From: Candidatus Omnitrophota bacterium
GTDB lineage: Bacteria > Omnitrophota > Gorgyraeia > 2-01-FULL-45-10
DNA length: 64,000 nucleotides
Assembly: GCA_041650935.1 (NCBI GenBank)
Contig: JBAZKH010000001.1
Location: forward strand, 9,243-73,242
Direction: 5' to 3'
Shown here in pieces: positions 10,065-19,406 of the stretch. A program made the position numbers and the translations under genes. The notes beneath the pieces are model-generated. The model saw only the letters and a program-made list of their open reading frames with translations. It had not been told where the DNA came from and searched no databases. Position 1 is the stretch's first letter. Every line of letters starts with the position of its first letter.

Positions 10065-11020
10065 ACCCCGCCCTTTCGAAGAAGACCATTCTCATTACGG
10101 GCGGGGCCGGATTTATCGGCTCACATCTTTGCGACCTCTTCATGTCGAAGGAGTATCGCGTTATCTGCATGGACAACCTCATCACCGGTAAGATCAAAAA
10201 TATAAAACATCTTCTTGGGAATAAAGATTTCAAATTTATCAGGCACAATGTTTCGGAATATATCGATCTTAAGGGACGGATCGACTATATTTTGCATTTT
10301 GCTTCGCCCGCCAGCCCGGTCGATTATCTAAAGCACCCTATACCGACATTGAAGGTCGGTTCTCTTGGGACGCATAACGTCCTCGGCCTTGCGAAAGCAA
10401 AGAAAGCGGTATTTCTTCTCGCGTCAACGAGCGAAGTTTACGGCGATCCCCTTATCAATCCCCAGACCGAAGACTATTGGGGCAATGTCAATCCCGTGGG
10501 CCCCCGAAGCGTATACGACGAGGCAAAACGTTTTTCCGAGGCGATTACGATGGCCTATCATCGCTTCCATAAACTCGATACCAGGATAGTCCGCATATTC
10601 AATACTTACGGCGAACGGATGCGGGAAAAGGACGGCCGGGCAATACCTAATTTCATAAGCCAGGCGCTTGCGAATAGACCGATAACGGTTTACGGGGACG
10701 GCTCCCAGACGAGAAGTTTCTGCTATGTCTCCGATCTGGCAGGCGGCATATATAAACTCTTGATGTCGCGTGAACATAATCCGGTCAATATAGGAAATCC
10801 GAACGAGATGACTCTTCTTAAGCTTGCCAGGACAATAATTAAACTTATGGGATCGAAGAGTAAAATTGTATACAAACCGCTGCCCGTCGATGATCCAAAG
10901 GTCAGGCGGCCGGACATAAAAAAGGCAAAAACGATCCTCCGATGGCATCCGGCCGTGAAACTCGAGGAAGGCCTGGCAAGGACCATAAGTTATTTCGAAT
11001 CCAGTAAGGAGAATGGATGA
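10061..11020 (+). CDS. UDP-glucuronate decarboxylase (UDP-xylose synthase)
   Basis: [36 protein letters not shown] and 319 aa match UXS. ATGA overlap with the upstream gene. Confidence 0.7.
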   Translation: MNPALSKKTILITGGAGFIGSHLCDLFMSKEYRVICMDNLITGKIKNIKHLLGNKDFKFIRHNVSEYIDLKGRIDYILHFASPASPVDYLKHPIPTLKVGSLGTHNVLGLAKAKKAVFLLASTSEVYGDPLINPQTEDYWGNVNPVGPRSVYDEAKRFSEAITMAYHRFHKLDTRIVRIFNTYGERMREKDGRAIPNFISQALANRPITVYGDGSQTRSFCYVSDLAGGIYKLLMSREHNPVNIGNPNEMTLLKLARTIIKLMGSKSKIVYKPLPVDDPKVRRPDIKKAKTILRWHPAVKLEEGLARTISYFESSKENG

Positions 11021-12120
11021 AAATACCGTTATTAGATTTGAAGGCCCAGTACCAATCGATAAGAAATGAGATAGAGGCTGCGGTCAAAAAGACGATAGAG
11101 GAGCAGGATTTCATACTGGGCGCGGATGTGAAGGGGCTCGAGAAGGAAGTTGCCTGTTATTGCGGCGCAAAATACGGCGTCGGGGTGGCGTCGGGCACCG
11201 ATGCGTTGATACTTGCCTTAAGGGCGTTGAACGTAGGCCCCGGCGATGAGGTCATAACCACACCGTTCACTTTTTTTGCCACAGCCGAATCCATCTCTAT
11301 AGTCGGGGCAAGGCCCGTATTTGTCGACATAGAACCAAAGACTTATAATATAGATCCCGCGCTTATCGAGAAGAAGATCACGAAACTTACCAAGGCTATC
11401 ATGCCCGTCCATCTATATGGCCAATGTGCCGATATGGATCCTATAATGGAAATTGCAGGGAAACGCGGCCTCAAAGTCATCGAAGACAATGCGCAGTCGA
11501 TAGGGGCCGCCTACAAAGGCAGGCGGTCGGGATCGATGGGCGATACCGGAGCCTTAAGCTTCTTCCCGAGTAAGAATCTGGGGGCGTTCGGCGACGCGGG
11601 GATGGTAGTGACTAACGATGAAAAACTGGCCGAGAGGGTTAAGGTTTTGCGTGTTCATGGTAGTTCTGCCAGATATATCCATTCCGAGATAGGCATGAAT
11701 TCACGCCTAGACAATCTCCAGGCCGCCGTGCTCAGGGTAAAGCTGAAACATCTCGATTCCTGGGCTAAGAAGAGGCAGGAGAATGCCGCGCGCTATAATG
11801 CCATTTTGAAAAGTACGCTCGCCGTAACGCCTTACGTGCCTTCTTACAATACACACGTATATCACCAGTACATGATAAGGGTCGATAAGTCAAAAAGGGA
11901 CGCCCTGGTCGGGCATCTGGTGAAGAGTGGAGTAGAAGCAAGAGTCTATTATCCCATACCGCTCCATCTCCAGGAGTGCTACAAGTTTTTAGGCTATAAG
12001 AAGGGCGACATGCCCAATTCCGAAATTGCCTCGGAATCCGTCCTGGCTTTACCGGTCTATCCGGAGCTTAAGACAGACGAGATCGCCCGCGTTGCAGAAC
12101 TTATAAAGAATTTTAAATAA
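11017..12120 (+). CDS. DegT/DnrJ/EryC1/StrS-family PLP-dependent sugar aminotransferase
   Basis: [10 protein letters not shown]..., the lysine-containing [17 protein letters not shown] motif, 367 aa. Confidence 0.8.
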   Translation: MKIPLLDLKAQYQSIRNEIEAAVKKTIEEQDFILGADVKGLEKEVACYCGAKYGVGVASGTDALILALRALNVGPGDEVITTPFTFFATAESISIVGARPVFVDIEPKTYNIDPALIEKKITKLTKAIMPVHLYGQCADMDPIMEIAGKRGLKVIEDNAQSIGAAYKGRRSGSMGDTGALSFFPSKNLGAFGDAGMVVTNDEKLAERVKVLRVHGSSARYIHSEIGMNSRLDNLQAAVLRVKLKHLDSWAKKRQENAARYNAILKSTLAVTPYVPSYNTHVYHQYMIRVDKSKRDALVGHLVKSGVEARVYYPIPLHLQECYKFLGYKKGDMPNSEIASESVLALPVYPELKTDEIARVAELIKNFK

Positions 12121-12128
12121 TATCCGAC

Positions 12129-12893
12129 ATGCGGCTAAAGAAGAGACTGCTTCTATCCATTCCGGTCTGCCTGGCCATAGTCCTTGCGATAGGGCTGGTT
12201 ATGAATATGCAGGTCTCTATCCGCCAGGGCATAAATGGCCGTGTGCGCGAAATCAAAATGCCTCTCTATATCAAGGCGATGGAGTTCCTGGCGCGGGATT
12301 ACGAGTATCATAGAATAACACGGGAGATAATAAAGAGCTGTAATACCGACGAAGAGAAGGCCCTGGCCATATTCGACTGGACGCACGAGAATATAAAACC
12401 CACCCCGCCCGGCATGCCGATTGTCGACGATCATATCCTCAATATCATCATACGCGGATACGGAGCGGTAGACCAGTCCCAGGATGTATTTACCAACCTG
12501 TGCGCCTATGCGGGGCTGCCCGCTTTTTTTATGCGGGTCTATACGCCGGACAGGCGGGCCTACTACCCCCTTTCGTTCGTAAAGATAAAGGGGCGGTGGC
12601 GGGTATTCGATTCCTATAACAAAAAATATTTCAGGACAAATTCCGGCGAGATTGCCGGCGTCGAGGACCTGGCGTCGGATAGATCGATAATCGATAAGGA
12701 CGATATCGCAGGCCGTCTTTACGGCGGCGTCCCATATAAAGAATTTTACTATAACCTGAAACCGTGGGCGGATGAAGCCAAAACGATGAGGTCCGAGAAA
12801 CAGATGCCCCTGAAGCGTTTTATTTTCGAGATGAAGAAATCGTTCGGCATAGAAAAGGAAGAGATCGTTACCGATGAGTCCGGACAATCTTAA
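12129..12893 (+). CDS. membrane-anchored transglutaminase-like domain protein, apparently catalytically degenerate (Cys replaced by Val)
   Basis: N-terminal TM (LLLSIPVCLAIVLAIGLV). Core GAVDQSQDVFTNLCAYAGLPAFF aligns with the transglutaminase-like G.C....lF..l.R..GIPAR block, but with V at the Cys position and no downstream His. Confidence 0.35.
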   Translation: MRLKKRLLLSIPVCLAIVLAIGLVMNMQVSIRQGINGRVREIKMPLYIKAMEFLARDYEYHRITREIIKSCNTDEEKALAIFDWTHENIKPTPPGMPIVDDHILNIIIRGYGAVDQSQDVFTNLCAYAGLPAFFMRVYTPDRRAYYPLSFVKIKGRWRVFDSYNKKYFRTNSGEIAGVEDLASDRSIIDKDDIAGRLYGGVPYKEFYYNLKPWADEAKTMRSEKQMPLKRFIFEMKKSFGIEKEEIVTDESGQS

Positions 12894-13620
12894 GGCAAAG
12901 CAGACGTTCTCCGTCATAATACCCGTATATAACGAGGAGCGGATTCTTAAAGGCTCGGTCGAGTCGCTCGTCCGCGACATAGGCAGGATCACGGATTTCG
13001 ATTCCGACTATGAGATAATACTTTGCGAGAACGGGAGCAGCGACGGCACCTGCCGGATAGCGCAGGCGCTGGTCGAAGAGTTTCCCGTCGTCCGCGTCGA
13101 GCGATTGCGGGATCCCAGCTACGGCCGGGCGCTCAAGGCGGGGATAAACACTGCCCGGCACGAAAAGGTTATCATCTTCAATATCGATTTCTGGGACATA
13201 GATTTCCTTAAGAAGACATTAACGCTTCTGGATAAGTATGATTGTATCGTTGGTTCCAAAGTGATAGCGGGCGCGGTGGACAAGAGAAAACTCGTGCGCA
13301 GGCTTATTACAAGATGGTTCAACCTGCTGTTGAGGTTATTGTACGGCTTCAAGGGTACGGATACTCACGGCATAAAAGGTTTCAGGAAGTCGGCGGTATA
13401 TCCGGTTGCGGCGGAATGTCTCACCGACCGCGAGATATTCGATACGGAACTCCTGCTTCGCGCCGACAGGGCCGGCGTCTCTATCTTTGAGCTGCCCGTC
13501 AAGATCGAAGAAGTGCGCCTGACAAGGCTGAACTTACTTAAAAGGATACCTTCGACGGCAAGCGACCTGGTAAGGCTGTTCGTCGCGCTTCGTCTCAAGC
13601 CTATAATAAAGAGAGGATGA
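12874..13620 (+). CDS. family-2 glycosyltransferase (DPM1/dolichyl-phosphate hexosyltransferase-like)
   Basis: FSVIIPVYNEE...CENGSSDGT... GT2 fold. 248 aa. Confidence 0.7.
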   Translation: MSPDNLKAKQTFSVIIPVYNEERILKGSVESLVRDIGRITDFDSDYEIILCENGSSDGTCRIAQALVEEFPVVRVERLRDPSYGRALKAGINTARHEKVIIFNIDFWDIDFLKKTLTLLDKYDCIVGSKVIAGAVDKRKLVRRLITRWFNLLLRLLYGFKGTDTHGIKGFRKSAVYPVAAECLTDREIFDTELLLRADRAGVSIFELPVKIEEVRLTRLNLLKRIPSTASDLVRLFVALRLKPIIKRG

Positions 13621-14306
13621 TAAAGACGGATAAAAAAAGATATTTTTACGATACCTTTGCCGGGGATTTCGACGGCTATATGAACCGGTATGACCTTAAT
13701 AAGAGATTATCGATAGTCTTCGGGATTCTCTCCGGCGGCGGTGAGCTTAAAGGTAAGAGATTGCTCGACCTGGGATGCGGTACCGGCCACTTTTCGAAAT
13801 GTGCGGTTGACGCCGGCGCGGACGTTTACTCTCTCGATATCGGTTTTAACCTCCTCAAAAAGGCCGCGGAAAAATGCGACACAAAACGGATAGTTTCCGA
13901 TGGCGCTTTCATAGGCATAAAGAACGCAACTTTTGACTATGTCATAGCCACCGAAGTCATAGAACATGCCCCCGATCCTAAAGCGGTCCTCGGTGAAGCG
14001 CGCAGGGTGCTTAAGCCTGGCGGGATACTTATATTGACAGTGCCGAACAGGTTCTGGCATTTTACAGTATCCGTTGCCAGGATATTGAGAATAAGAAAAT
14101 ATGACGGGTACGAGAATTGGGTGGGCTATTACGAGCTCCAGCGGTGGCTTCAAGAACTCGGGTTTTCGGTGGAGCGGATATTCGGCTTCCACCTCTTTCC
14201 TTTTGTCGTGCCTTTCCTGAACCCTATACTGAACATACTTGATTCGGGCTCACGTTTCTATTCCCCGGTAATGGTGAATATAGCCGCCAGGTGCAAAAAA
14301 ATATGA
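13617..14306 (+). CDS. class I SAM-dependent methyltransferase
   Basis: LLDLGCGTGHFS motif I, VLKPGGILIL. ATGA overlap upstream. Confidence 0.65.
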   Translation: MIKTDKKRYFYDTFAGDFDGYMNRYDLNKRLSIVFGILSGGGELKGKRLLDLGCGTGHFSKCAVDAGADVYSLDIGFNLLKKAAEKCDTKRIVSDGAFIGIKNATFDYVIATEVIEHAPDPKAVLGEARRVLKPGGILILTVPNRFWHFTVSVARILRIRKYDGYENWVGYYELQRWLQELGFSVERIFGFHLFPFVVPFLNPILNILDSGSRFYSPVMVNIAARCKKI

Positions 14307-15736
14307 AGGTGCTATTTATAAACCCCAGCTGCTCCCTCGAAGAACTTTACGGTGACCTTGCCGGGGGCGGTAATGAATTGCCGCCTCAGACATTGGCCGC
14401 GCTCGCGGCCGTTACCCGCCGCGGCGGATACGATACGGCGATACTCGATTGCCCGGTGCTTAAGATGGATATGGCGGCGATATTAAAGAAGGTCGCCGAT
14501 TTTTCACCTGACTATGTCGGGATCACCGCCACCACGATAACTATGGAGAATGCGGGGCGTATAGCCGCCGGGATAAAAGCCAATACTCCTTCGGCGAAGA
14601 TAATAGCCGGAGGCCCGCACGTTACGGCGCTTGTCGAAGATACTCTTGAGCGATTCCCCGAGATCGACATAGGGGTCGTGGGCGAAGGGGAGGAGACGCT
14701 CATCGAAGTATTGCGCTCTCTAGATAGGAAAGAGCCCTTGGATCAGGTCCGGGGCATTGCCTTTCGCGGGCCGGATAAGCGGATTACCGTTACCGGGAAA
14801 AGAGACCTGATCAGAGATATCGATACCCTGCCGCTCCCGGCATGGGAACTATTGCCGCCCCTCGGTAAGTTTTACAACCCGCCGGGAGATTCGATCAACA
14901 GGATGCCGGCCGTCGGCCTTGTCACTTCGCGCGGCTGTCCCGGAAAGTGCATATTCTGCGACAATCGCACATTCGGCCGCGTCTTCCGCGCGCACAGCCC
15001 TGCCCATGTCCTTAAAATGATAAGGGTCCTCGTCGAGGATCATGGCGTAAAAGAGATATATTTCGAGGACGACTATTTTATGGCCTCACGCAAAAGGTTG
15101 GTCGAGATCTGCAACGGGCTCATCACAGCAAAGTTCGATCTTACGTGGACCTGTACGGGCAGGATATCCAAGTCTATCGATAACGAGCTGCTCAAACTGA
15201 TGAAGAGGGCCGGGTGCTGGCAGATCTGCTACGGCATAGAGAGCGGCTCGCAGGAGATACTGGATATTATAGAGAAGGGTATAAAGCTTGCGGATGTTAA
15301 AGAGTGCGTTGCCAGGACCAGGCGCGCCGGGCTCTCGGTGAAAGGATTTTTCATGCTCGGCAACTTCCTGGAGACGGAAGAGACGATCAGGAAGACGATG
15401 GGGCTGATCCGCGAACTGCCGCTTACAGATTTCCACATGTGCTACTTTGTGCCGTTCCCGGGCTCGGCGGCATATGCGGCCGCGGATAGATACGGCAAGT
15501 TCAATAAAGAGTGGCGGAACATGAACCTGTATGAGCCCAGGGCTTTTGTGCCGGGCGCTCTCACCGAAGACCGGATGAAAGAGAGCTTCAAAAAATGTTA
15601 TGCCGCGCACTATTTTAAACCGTCGGTAATCCTGCACTATGCGCGGAAGATAAAGAATCTCGGCGCGTTGAAAAAACTTATCGTCTCGTTCATTGCTTTT
15701 TTACGGTTTTCTTTTTTCACCGGAAGGGAGGCTTAA
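14303..15736 (+). CDS. cobalamin-binding (class B) radical SAM enzyme #1
   Basis: N-terminal B12-binding Rossmann-like domain (MKVLFINP...IAGGPHVT), SRGCPGKCIFCDN CxxxCxxC cluster. ~477 aa. Confidence 0.75.
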   Translation: MKVLFINPSCSLEELYGDLAGGGNELPPQTLAALAAVTRRGGYDTAILDCPVLKMDMAAILKKVADFSPDYVGITATTITMENAGRIAAGIKANTPSAKIIAGGPHVTALVEDTLERFPEIDIGVVGEGEETLIEVLRSLDRKEPLDQVRGIAFRGPDKRITVTGKRDLIRDIDTLPLPAWELLPPLGKFYNPPGDSINRMPAVGLVTSRGCPGKCIFCDNRTFGRVFRAHSPAHVLKMIRVLVEDHGVKEIYFEDDYFMASRKRLVEICNGLITAKFDLTWTCTGRISKSIDNELLKLMKRAGCWQICYGIESGSQEILDIIEKGIKLADVKECVARTRRAGLSVKGFFMLGNFLETEETIRKTMGLIRELPLTDFHMCYFVPFPGSAAYAAADRYGKFNKEWRNMNLYEPRAFVPGALTEDRMKESFKKCYAAHYFKPSVILHYARKIKNLGALKKLIVSFIAFLRFSFFTGREA

Positions 15737-15743
15737 AGTCCCT

Positions 15744-17090
15744 ATGAATCTCGTGAAGACGGCAATCTTCCTGATACTCGCTTCCGTGACGGTTATGTTT
15801 ACTAACGGGCTCTTTACGCATAAGGTTCAGATCGCCGATCTCATCTTCCTGGCCGTCTTTGTACCGGTGGCAATAAAGTTCATATCGGCCGGAAAAGAGA
15901 TATATCTTTCGCCTTTCATAAAACCTATTAGCGTATATTTACTGGCGGCAGGCTTGAGCATATTCGTTTCGGTGAGCGCTAGGACCACAGCGCTCGAGTT
16001 CGCGGGTACCTTCTATCTCGTCCTACTCTTTCTTTTATGGATAAATATCGTAGATACAAAAAAAATGCTTTATTATGCGGTCTGGTGCTGGGTAGCGATC
16101 AGCGTTGCGGTCGGTCTTGTAGGGCTTTACGGTATCATCCTTGCGTACGGTTTTAATATAAATAATCCATTCGTGACGTTATTTGCCAAGCATCCTTATA
16201 TAAATAACCTCTACAGGGTCCATTCCACTTTCTTCCAGAACGAAAAGTTCTTCTCCAGCTACCTGCTTATCTCGATCCCATTTACGCTGGGCCTGGCATT
16301 CTCCGAAAAGAAGAAGGGAATAAAAGTCTTCCTTTATGCCGCGCTCGCGCTATTCCTTATAAACGTATTCTTCACATATTCCAGGAGCCTTGTGGGCATA
16401 TTGTGCGCGGTCTATATTGTGATATGCAGATCTTCCGGGTATTTTGCGTCGGGGAAGGGTCCTCTGGTGAAGGCGCTTAAAGCAGGAGGGGCCGTCTTGA
16501 TCCTGGCAGTGTGGATAGTGATGACGATATTCTCCTATATACAGTTTATCGATATATCGGCCAGGACCACAAAGCTGTTCGAATTGCCGGAGGAGATGGA
16601 GGAGCCGTTCTATTACAGGAACGATATCGGGATAGAGCGTGCGGATATAACGGTCTATTATAATTATACCTATTATTTCCTACTGAAGAAGTATGCGTTA
16701 AAGATCTTTGCCGAACGTCCTCTTTTTGGCGTCGGCGGCGGCGCTTTCATCGATAAGATGAAGATTTACGAAGATGAAGGACGGGCGCCTAAGGGCTATT
16801 TCCTCTACGATCCGCATTCGACATTCTTCGGGAGCCTTGCGGAGGGCGGCATGATCGGCTTCGGAGTTCTCCTCTTTCTGTGGGGATCGATAATCTTTTC
16901 CATAAAGGACCGGATCAGGGATCGCAAGGATGACTTTATCTTTTATACGCTGGTTGCCGGCTATGCGGCAATCATAGGTTATTTTGTCCAGGCTATCGAT
17001 ATGGATATCATGAATTTCCGCTTCCTGTGGCTCTTGTTCGGGTTTGCCGCGGCGGCTTTGAGGCTGTGCAGGCCGCAGGGCGTCAAATGA
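15744..17090 (+). CDS. polytopic membrane protein, O-antigen ligase/polymerase (Wzy/WaaL-like) family
   Basis: About 10-12 hydrophobic helices with a large loop near the C-terminus. ggaagggagg RBS 13 nt upstream of ATG 15744. Confidence 0.45.
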   Translation: MNLVKTAIFLILASVTVMFTNGLFTHKVQIADLIFLAVFVPVAIKFISAGKEIYLSPFIKPISVYLLAAGLSIFVSVSARTTALEFAGTFYLVLLFLLWINIVDTKKMLYYAVWCWVAISVAVGLVGLYGIILAYGFNINNPFVTLFAKHPYINNLYRVHSTFFQNEKFFSSYLLISIPFTLGLAFSEKKKGIKVFLYAALALFLINVFFTYSRSLVGILCAVYIVICRSSGYFASGKGPLVKALKAGGAVLILAVWIVMTIFSYIQFIDISARTTKLFELPEEMEEPFYYRNDIGIERADITVYYNYTYYFLLKKYALKIFAERPLFGVGGGAFIDKMKIYEDEGRAPKGYFLYDPHSTFFGSLAEGGMIGFGVLLFLWGSIIFSIKDRIRDRKDDFIFYTLVAGYAAIIGYFVQAIDMDIMNFRFLWLLFGFAAAALRLCRPQGVK

Positions 17091-18154
17091 GCCATAATCC
17101 GATAAAAAAAACCCGCGGCTTTACCGATAAGATAATCTCGAAGTGTTTTGTGCCGAAATATATCATACTTTTCTTCGCCGTAGTTTTTATAGGCGCGGCC
17201 TGCTATATCTACAACAGTTTTTTCTTCGCCAACCTTTTATACCAGCACTATCCCGGCGTCTCATACTACTATATAGCGAAGAAGGTGACTAAGGGTGAGC
17301 CGGATATAATCAAGAAGTCGCAGATGCTCGTCGATTATATAAATCAGAACGTCTTTACCGGTCCATTCCCCGTTAAGGATCTGCCGCCTATAAGTAATCT
17401 GATAAGAGGCGTCGGCTGGTGCGACCAGGTCTCGCATCTGTTTTTGAGGCTTATCGGGCCCCTGGACGTGCGGGGATATCTTGTCTTCCTGAATAGGTCC
17501 AGGGACGGCACAGGAGCGTCCCCTCATTCCATAGCCGTTATTACTCCCAACACGAAAGAAGCGCTGGGATACGACGATATGATTAAGCAGGGTGTAATCG
17601 TAGATGTTATGCAGGGCGTCATATTCAAAAACGAAAACGGCGGGGATGCGACATTCGGAGATGTATGTGCCAGAAATATCCTCGAATCACAGCGTAAGTA
17701 CTTTACAGGAAATCCCGGTATTCGCTATGATATATATTGTAATAAGGCGGGCATATTCCTGTATAATACGCCGATTTCCATGGCTAGCCAAAAACGGCAA
17801 TTATTTTATAAATATTTCTACTCGCGCCTGCCGGAATGGGCCATACGTCTATACCAGGATATGACGCTCGACAGGTGGTATAGGAGACGGTACCCCAAAG
17901 AGCTCGGTTTTCTCTATTACAAGGCGCGGAATTACCATATTTATGAAAGGTTTGGCGAGGCTATAAAACTTTATGATATAGTTATAGAAAAGACTGCCGA
18001 AAAAGAAGTCGCGGCCAAATGCCTTTTCTTTAAAGGAATGGCCCTTTATAGGATGGGACGAATCGACGCCGCCAGGAAAGAATTCGAAAAGGCCATTAAG
18101 GACTATCCGGATTCGCCATGGTCCAGCCCGGCGGGTGAGTGGCTGCGCAAGTAA
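17087..18154 (+). CDS. membrane-anchored transglutaminase-like cysteine-protease-fold protein with C-terminal TPR repeats
   Basis: TM (YIILFFAVVFIGAACYIY). GVGWCDQVSHLFLRLIGP...RGYLV...HSIAVI matches the transglutaminase-like Cys/His core. C-terminal TPR-like YYKARNY...AIKDYPDS. Confidence 0.4.
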   Translation: MSHNPIKKTRGFTDKIISKCFVPKYIILFFAVVFIGAACYIYNSFFFANLLYQHYPGVSYYYIAKKVTKGEPDIIKKSQMLVDYINQNVFTGPFPVKDLPPISNLIRGVGWCDQVSHLFLRLIGPLDVRGYLVFLNRSRDGTGASPHSIAVITPNTKEALGYDDMIKQGVIVDVMQGVIFKNENGGDATFGDVCARNILESQRKYFTGNPGIRYDIYCNKAGIFLYNTPISMASQKRQLFYKYFYSRLPEWAIRLYQDMTLDRWYRRRYPKELGFLYYKARNYHIYERFGEAIKLYDIVIEKTAEKEVAAKCLFFKGMALYRMGRIDAARKEFEKAIKDYPDSPWSSPAGEWLRK

Positions 18155-18159
18155 TTTTC

Positions 18160-18188
18160 TTGACAATAGGTTAATACGATAGTATCAT
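18160..18188 (+). promoter_or_regulatory. sigma70-like promoter candidate (TTGACA-N17-TATCAT) upstream of the FAD oxidoreductase gene
   Basis: Consensus -35 TTGACA at 18160-18165, 17 bp spacer, TATCAT at 18183-18188, in the 118 bp intergenic gap. Confidence 0.4.
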
Positions 18189-18213
18189 CGTTTAAAACGT
18201 TTTAAACGATGAT
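18184..18213. promoter_or_regulatory. perfect 30 bp palindrome ATCATCGTTTAAAACGTTTTAAACGATGAT (candidate operator)
   Basis: Exact reverse-complement symmetry verified base by base; extendable to 32 bp (18183-18214). Overlaps the putative -10 and the expected transcription start. Confidence 0.55.
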
Positions 18214-18272
18214 AAAATATGTCAAAATCATATCAAACCAGCCTCAATTGCTAAAAAAAGTGCCAGTCTATT

Positions 18273-19406
18273 GTGTATAAAGCCGATGTTTTAATTATAG
18301 GAGCCGGTGTTGTAGGATTGGCCGTTGCCGAAGAGCTTAGCAAATCTTCGAAGAATGTAGTAGTTGTAGAGAGGAACAAGGGGTTTGGACGGGAGACGAG
18401 TTCGCGTAATAGTGAGGTAATACACGGCGGTATATACTATCCTCCCGGCAGTCTCAAGGCGAGGATGTGTGTCCGGGGCAGGGAGCTCTTATATAAGTTT
18501 TGCATAGAGAATAAGATACCGCATAAGAAGACCGGCAAACTCGTAGTTGCCACAGACAAAGAAGATGTTGCGGCCCTGGAAGAGCTCTTCTCGAATGCTG
18601 TTAAGAATGGAGTGCCGGGATTACGGATTCTCGACGGGAAAGAAGCCGGGAAGATGGAGCCGGAGATCTCCGGGACAGCGGCTCTCTATTCTCCGGAGAC
18701 CGGGATAGTCGATTCGCATGCCCTTATGCAGAGGTTAAACGACAGGGCAAAAGATAACGGCGCCATGATAGCGCTCGATTCCGAGGTCATAGCTATCGAT
18801 GGCCGCGGCTATGATGTAACCGTAGAAGACGCGGATGGAACCGGTAAAATCTCCGCCGGACTTGTGATAAACTGCGCCGGCCTGGATTCGGATACCGTGG
18901 CCGCAATGGCAGGGATAGATATAAAGGAGCGTGGATATGAGCTTCATTATTGCAAGGGGCAGTATTTCCGTGTTAATCAAAAGAAGGCCGCGCGCATAAA
19001 GAGGCTGGTATATCCGGTTCCCGAGCCTAAAGCTGTCGGCCTGGGAATACATGCAACGCCGGATCTCGGGGGAGGGCTTCGCTTGGGGCCCGATCATGAA
19101 TATCTGAAGATCCGCGAAAAGGATTATTCGGTAGACGAGTCGCGGCGCGGAGATTTTTTCGAATCCGCCGTAAGATATATGCCTTTTCTCGAAGAGGAAG
19201 ATATCTATCCTGATACCGCCGGGATAAGGCCCAAACTGCAGGCCCGCGGCGGAGATTTTCGTGATTTTGTGATCGAAGAAGGATCTAAACTGGGATTACC
19301 GGGGTTCATCAATTTAATAGGCATAGAATCGCCCGGACTGACCGCCTCTCTTGCGATAGCTGAATACGTAAGCGGTCTTATCGGGCGCTCACAATCCAAT
19401 GGCTAA
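18273..19406 (+). CDS. FAD-dependent oxidoreductase (L-2-hydroxyglutarate oxidase/glycerol-3-phosphate dehydrogenase-like DAO family)
   Basis: GTG start. DVLIIGAGVVGLAVAEEL dinucleotide-binding motif, 377 aa. Confidence 0.65.
   Translation: MYKADVLIIGAGVVGLAVAEELSKSSKNVVVVERNKGFGRETSSRNSEVIHGGIYYPPGSLKARMCVRGRELLYKFCIENKIPHKKTGKLVVATDKEDVAALEELFSNAVKNGVPGLRILDGKEAGKMEPEISGTAALYSPETGIVDSHALMQRLNDRAKDNGAMIALDSEVIAIDGRGYDVTVEDADGTGKISAGLVINCAGLDSDTVAAMAGIDIKERGYELHYCKGQYFRVNQKKAARIKRLVYPVPEPKAVGLGIHATPDLGGGLRLGPDHEYLKIREKDYSVDESRRGDFFESAVRYMPFLEEEDIYPDTAGIRPKLQARGGDFRDFVIEEGSKLGLPGFINLIGIESPGLTASLAIAEYVSGLIGRSQSNG

Noticed and set aside
15693-15743. Upstream extension of the Wzy-like ORF (MLFYGFLFSPEGRLKVP...)
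   Set aside because: It overlaps the preceding radical SAM gene. A good RBS (ggaagggagg) precedes ATG 15744.
17027-17086. Upstream extension of the transglutaminase-like/TPR ORF
   Set aside because: It overlaps the last 60 nt of the Wzy-like gene. ATG 17087 overlaps that gene's TGA (ATGA).
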